Of a stretch of 39,718 nt of DNA, positions 38,323 through 39,718 are shown piece by piece (within the stretch, counting starts at the first letter, position 1; every line of letters begins with the position of its first letter). The DNA comes from Oligoflexales bacterium (GTDB lineage Bacteria > Bdellovibrionota_B > Oligoflexia > Oligoflexales > Bog-1112), in NCBI GenBank assembly GCA_045105515.1, contig JBGCDR010000358.1, forward strand, positions 1-39,718, given 5' to 3'. The notes beneath the pieces are model-generated. The model did no database searches. It was given only the letters and a program-made list of their open reading frames with translations, and was not told the DNA's origin. The position numbers were made by a program, and so were the translations under genes.

Positions 38323-39606
38323 TTATTCACTAGGCCGAGCAATAAAGGACTGGTAGTTTAAATTATTAAATAAGTCTTCAATACAGGTATTGCCATAGCC
38401 ACCTGCCTTAAGGCCAGTTAAGACTCCACCGGCTCGAAAATCTAGGCTGCGAATGCGATTAACATTACCTTCGTAGCACGAGCCCTCTGCGGTTTTTTCA
38501 ATATTCAATTGGGAATTTTCAATATAAAGAAGCTGGCTATTTTCCTGTAATAGGGAAATATCCATCTGCAAAGACCCACCAATCTCACGGGTAACAGGCC
38601 CTCGCACCTGAATTTCATGGTTTAAACGACCTTTAGCATCCACAAAACCTTGTAAAGCCACGCTAGCGTCAGGCAGACATTTTGATTCAACATTAAGTTC
38701 CAAAACTGCTTTTCTAAAGTCAGGATCAAGCTCAAATGCTTGAGTTACCTTTACTTGTGCGATAAATAGAGCAATGTCCCGGAGTAGACCAAAATGTTCT
38801 TTTGTTTCACTCAGCTCTTCAAATTTACATGAGTCGAGTCCGTTACAAAATCCCGGGCTTTGATATTTTGTAGGAACTGTTTGTCCGCATGCGAGTCCTT
38901 CTTCGCTAGATAGATTCGATAGATCAAATCCCCTTTTACAAATAAAGTGTAGCCTATAACCTAGGTCTGCAAACCATTCTAAAGCCACTTCGACAAACTC
39001 CTTTGCCAAGGGCAATACCTCCTTCACTGCTAACTCATCTCTGCGGCTAAAATTACTTGGATCGAGTGCTGTTAAAGGATTATCTCCAGTGCTAGGGTTA
39101 ATACTGATAGCTAATAAATCTGACCTTTGCTTAGCTTCGACCACCCTCCAACCAAAATTTTCCAGAATTTCTTCAATGTCACTTTCAGAGTTTTCAACTG
39201 TCTTAAGAAAACTTCTCATATGATGAGCGCTGCACCCAAAAACCAACTGTTCGCGTCCAGCCAGGCCAAGAACACCGCGTAGAAAATCTTGTAAGACCTC
39301 TTGGCGCTCAGTCTGGGTTATTTCAGGTAAGAATGCTAGCATACCTTGGGTTCTTTGAGTTGCATTCCACAAGTCCTGATAATACTGAGTGCTAGAATCA
39401 AGACGAGTAAAGTCATATAGATAATCAGTAGAACAGATGCTTCCCTCGATATCTACTAATCCAGTGATACCACTTTCCTCATCAAATGGATTCAATAGTA
39501 AAAAACTAAGCAAGTCTGCACCATTCTCGTAACTGAATTGCTTATCATCTATTTGAAATGAAATAGGTGAACAAACTAATTTCTTGAATTCAATAAGAAA
39601 ATGCAA
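38323..39606 (-). CDS. Hypothetical Cys-containing protein (>=427 aa) with an apparently out-of-frame 5' end
   Basis: Long open frame with 10 Cys and no recognised family. The best SD+ATG (39664) is in a different frame. Confidence 0.7.
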   Translation of the reverse strand: MHFLIEFKKLVCSPISFQIDDKQFSYENGADLLSFLLLNPFDEESGITGLVDIEGSICSTDYLYDFTRLDSSTQYYQDLWNATQRTQGMLAFLPEITQTERQEVLQDFLRGVLGLAGREQLVFGCSAHHMRSFLKTVENSESDIEEILENFGWRVVEAKQRSDLLAISINPSTGDNPLTALDPSNFSRRDELAVKEVLPLAKEFVEVALEWFADLGYRLHFICKRGFDLSNLSSEEGLACGQTVPTKYQSPGFCNGLDSCKFEELSETKEHFGLLRDIALFIAQVKVTQAFELDPDFRKAVLELNVESKCLPDASVALQGFVDAKGRLNHEIQVRGPVTREIGGSLQMDISLLQENSQLLYIENSQLNIEKTAEGSCYEGNVNRIRSLDFRAGGVLTGLKAGGYGNTCIEDLFNNLNYQSFIARPSE

Positions 39607-39718
39607 AAATAATCTTGCCGTCCAGAATTCAAAACAAATTTGTGCTTGAAAAAAATATTTTCATCAAAATTCCCCTTCCTAAGATGTGTTTAAGAGCTAA
39701 TAAGAGAAAAATCTTAAG

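Noticed and set aside
35904..39631. TGA read-through or an alternative genetic code, suggested by two 5' ends interrupted by TGA
   Set aside because: Several conserved genes here end at TGA at the expected length (S8 peptidase, REC-PilZ, ABC1 kinase). The 39664 frame also contains further stops including TAA.
1..39718. CRISPR arrays, tRNA/rRNA genes and anti-phage defence systems
   Set aside because: No regularly spaced repeats, cloverleaf or T-loop signatures in intergenic DNA, or recognisable defence domains were found by eye. Intergenic gaps are all short.

Overview
An AT-rich, gene-dense bacterial chromosomal segment with about 31 CDS. I found no rRNA, tRNA, CRISPR array, transposase or integrase by eye. 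The gene mix (secreted S8/S12 hydrolases, several PilZ and receiver-domain proteins, a type IV pilin) suggests a Bdellovibrionota/Oligoflexia-like organism, but this is inference only. Housekeeping genes (prlC, fabG, fabH-like, argS, comM, fba, rlmD-like, ABC1 kinase, hemW, coaE, D-2-hydroxyacid dehydrogenase, alkaline phosphatase) are interleaved with two notable groups. (1) Atypical signalling proteins: a cytoplasmic CBS-pair hybrid histidine kinase, a cNMP-domain protein with an altered ligand pocket, a pseudo-receiver/TPR plus tandem pseudo-receiver/PilZ-like operon, a REC-PilZ gene followed by a 79-aa stand-alone HisKA (DHp-only) gene, and a canonical PilZ protein. (2) A surface-modification cluster at the right end: a DUF2723 GT-C glycosyltransferase, an LtaS/sulfatase-like enzyme fused to a glycerophosphodiesterase, and an OafA-SGNH acyltransferase, the last two visibly more AT-rich. 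The best candidates for an undescribed system are the mini-DHp/REC-PilZ module and the LtaS-like-GDPD fusion locus. All calls come from motif recognition by eye; no database searches were run.
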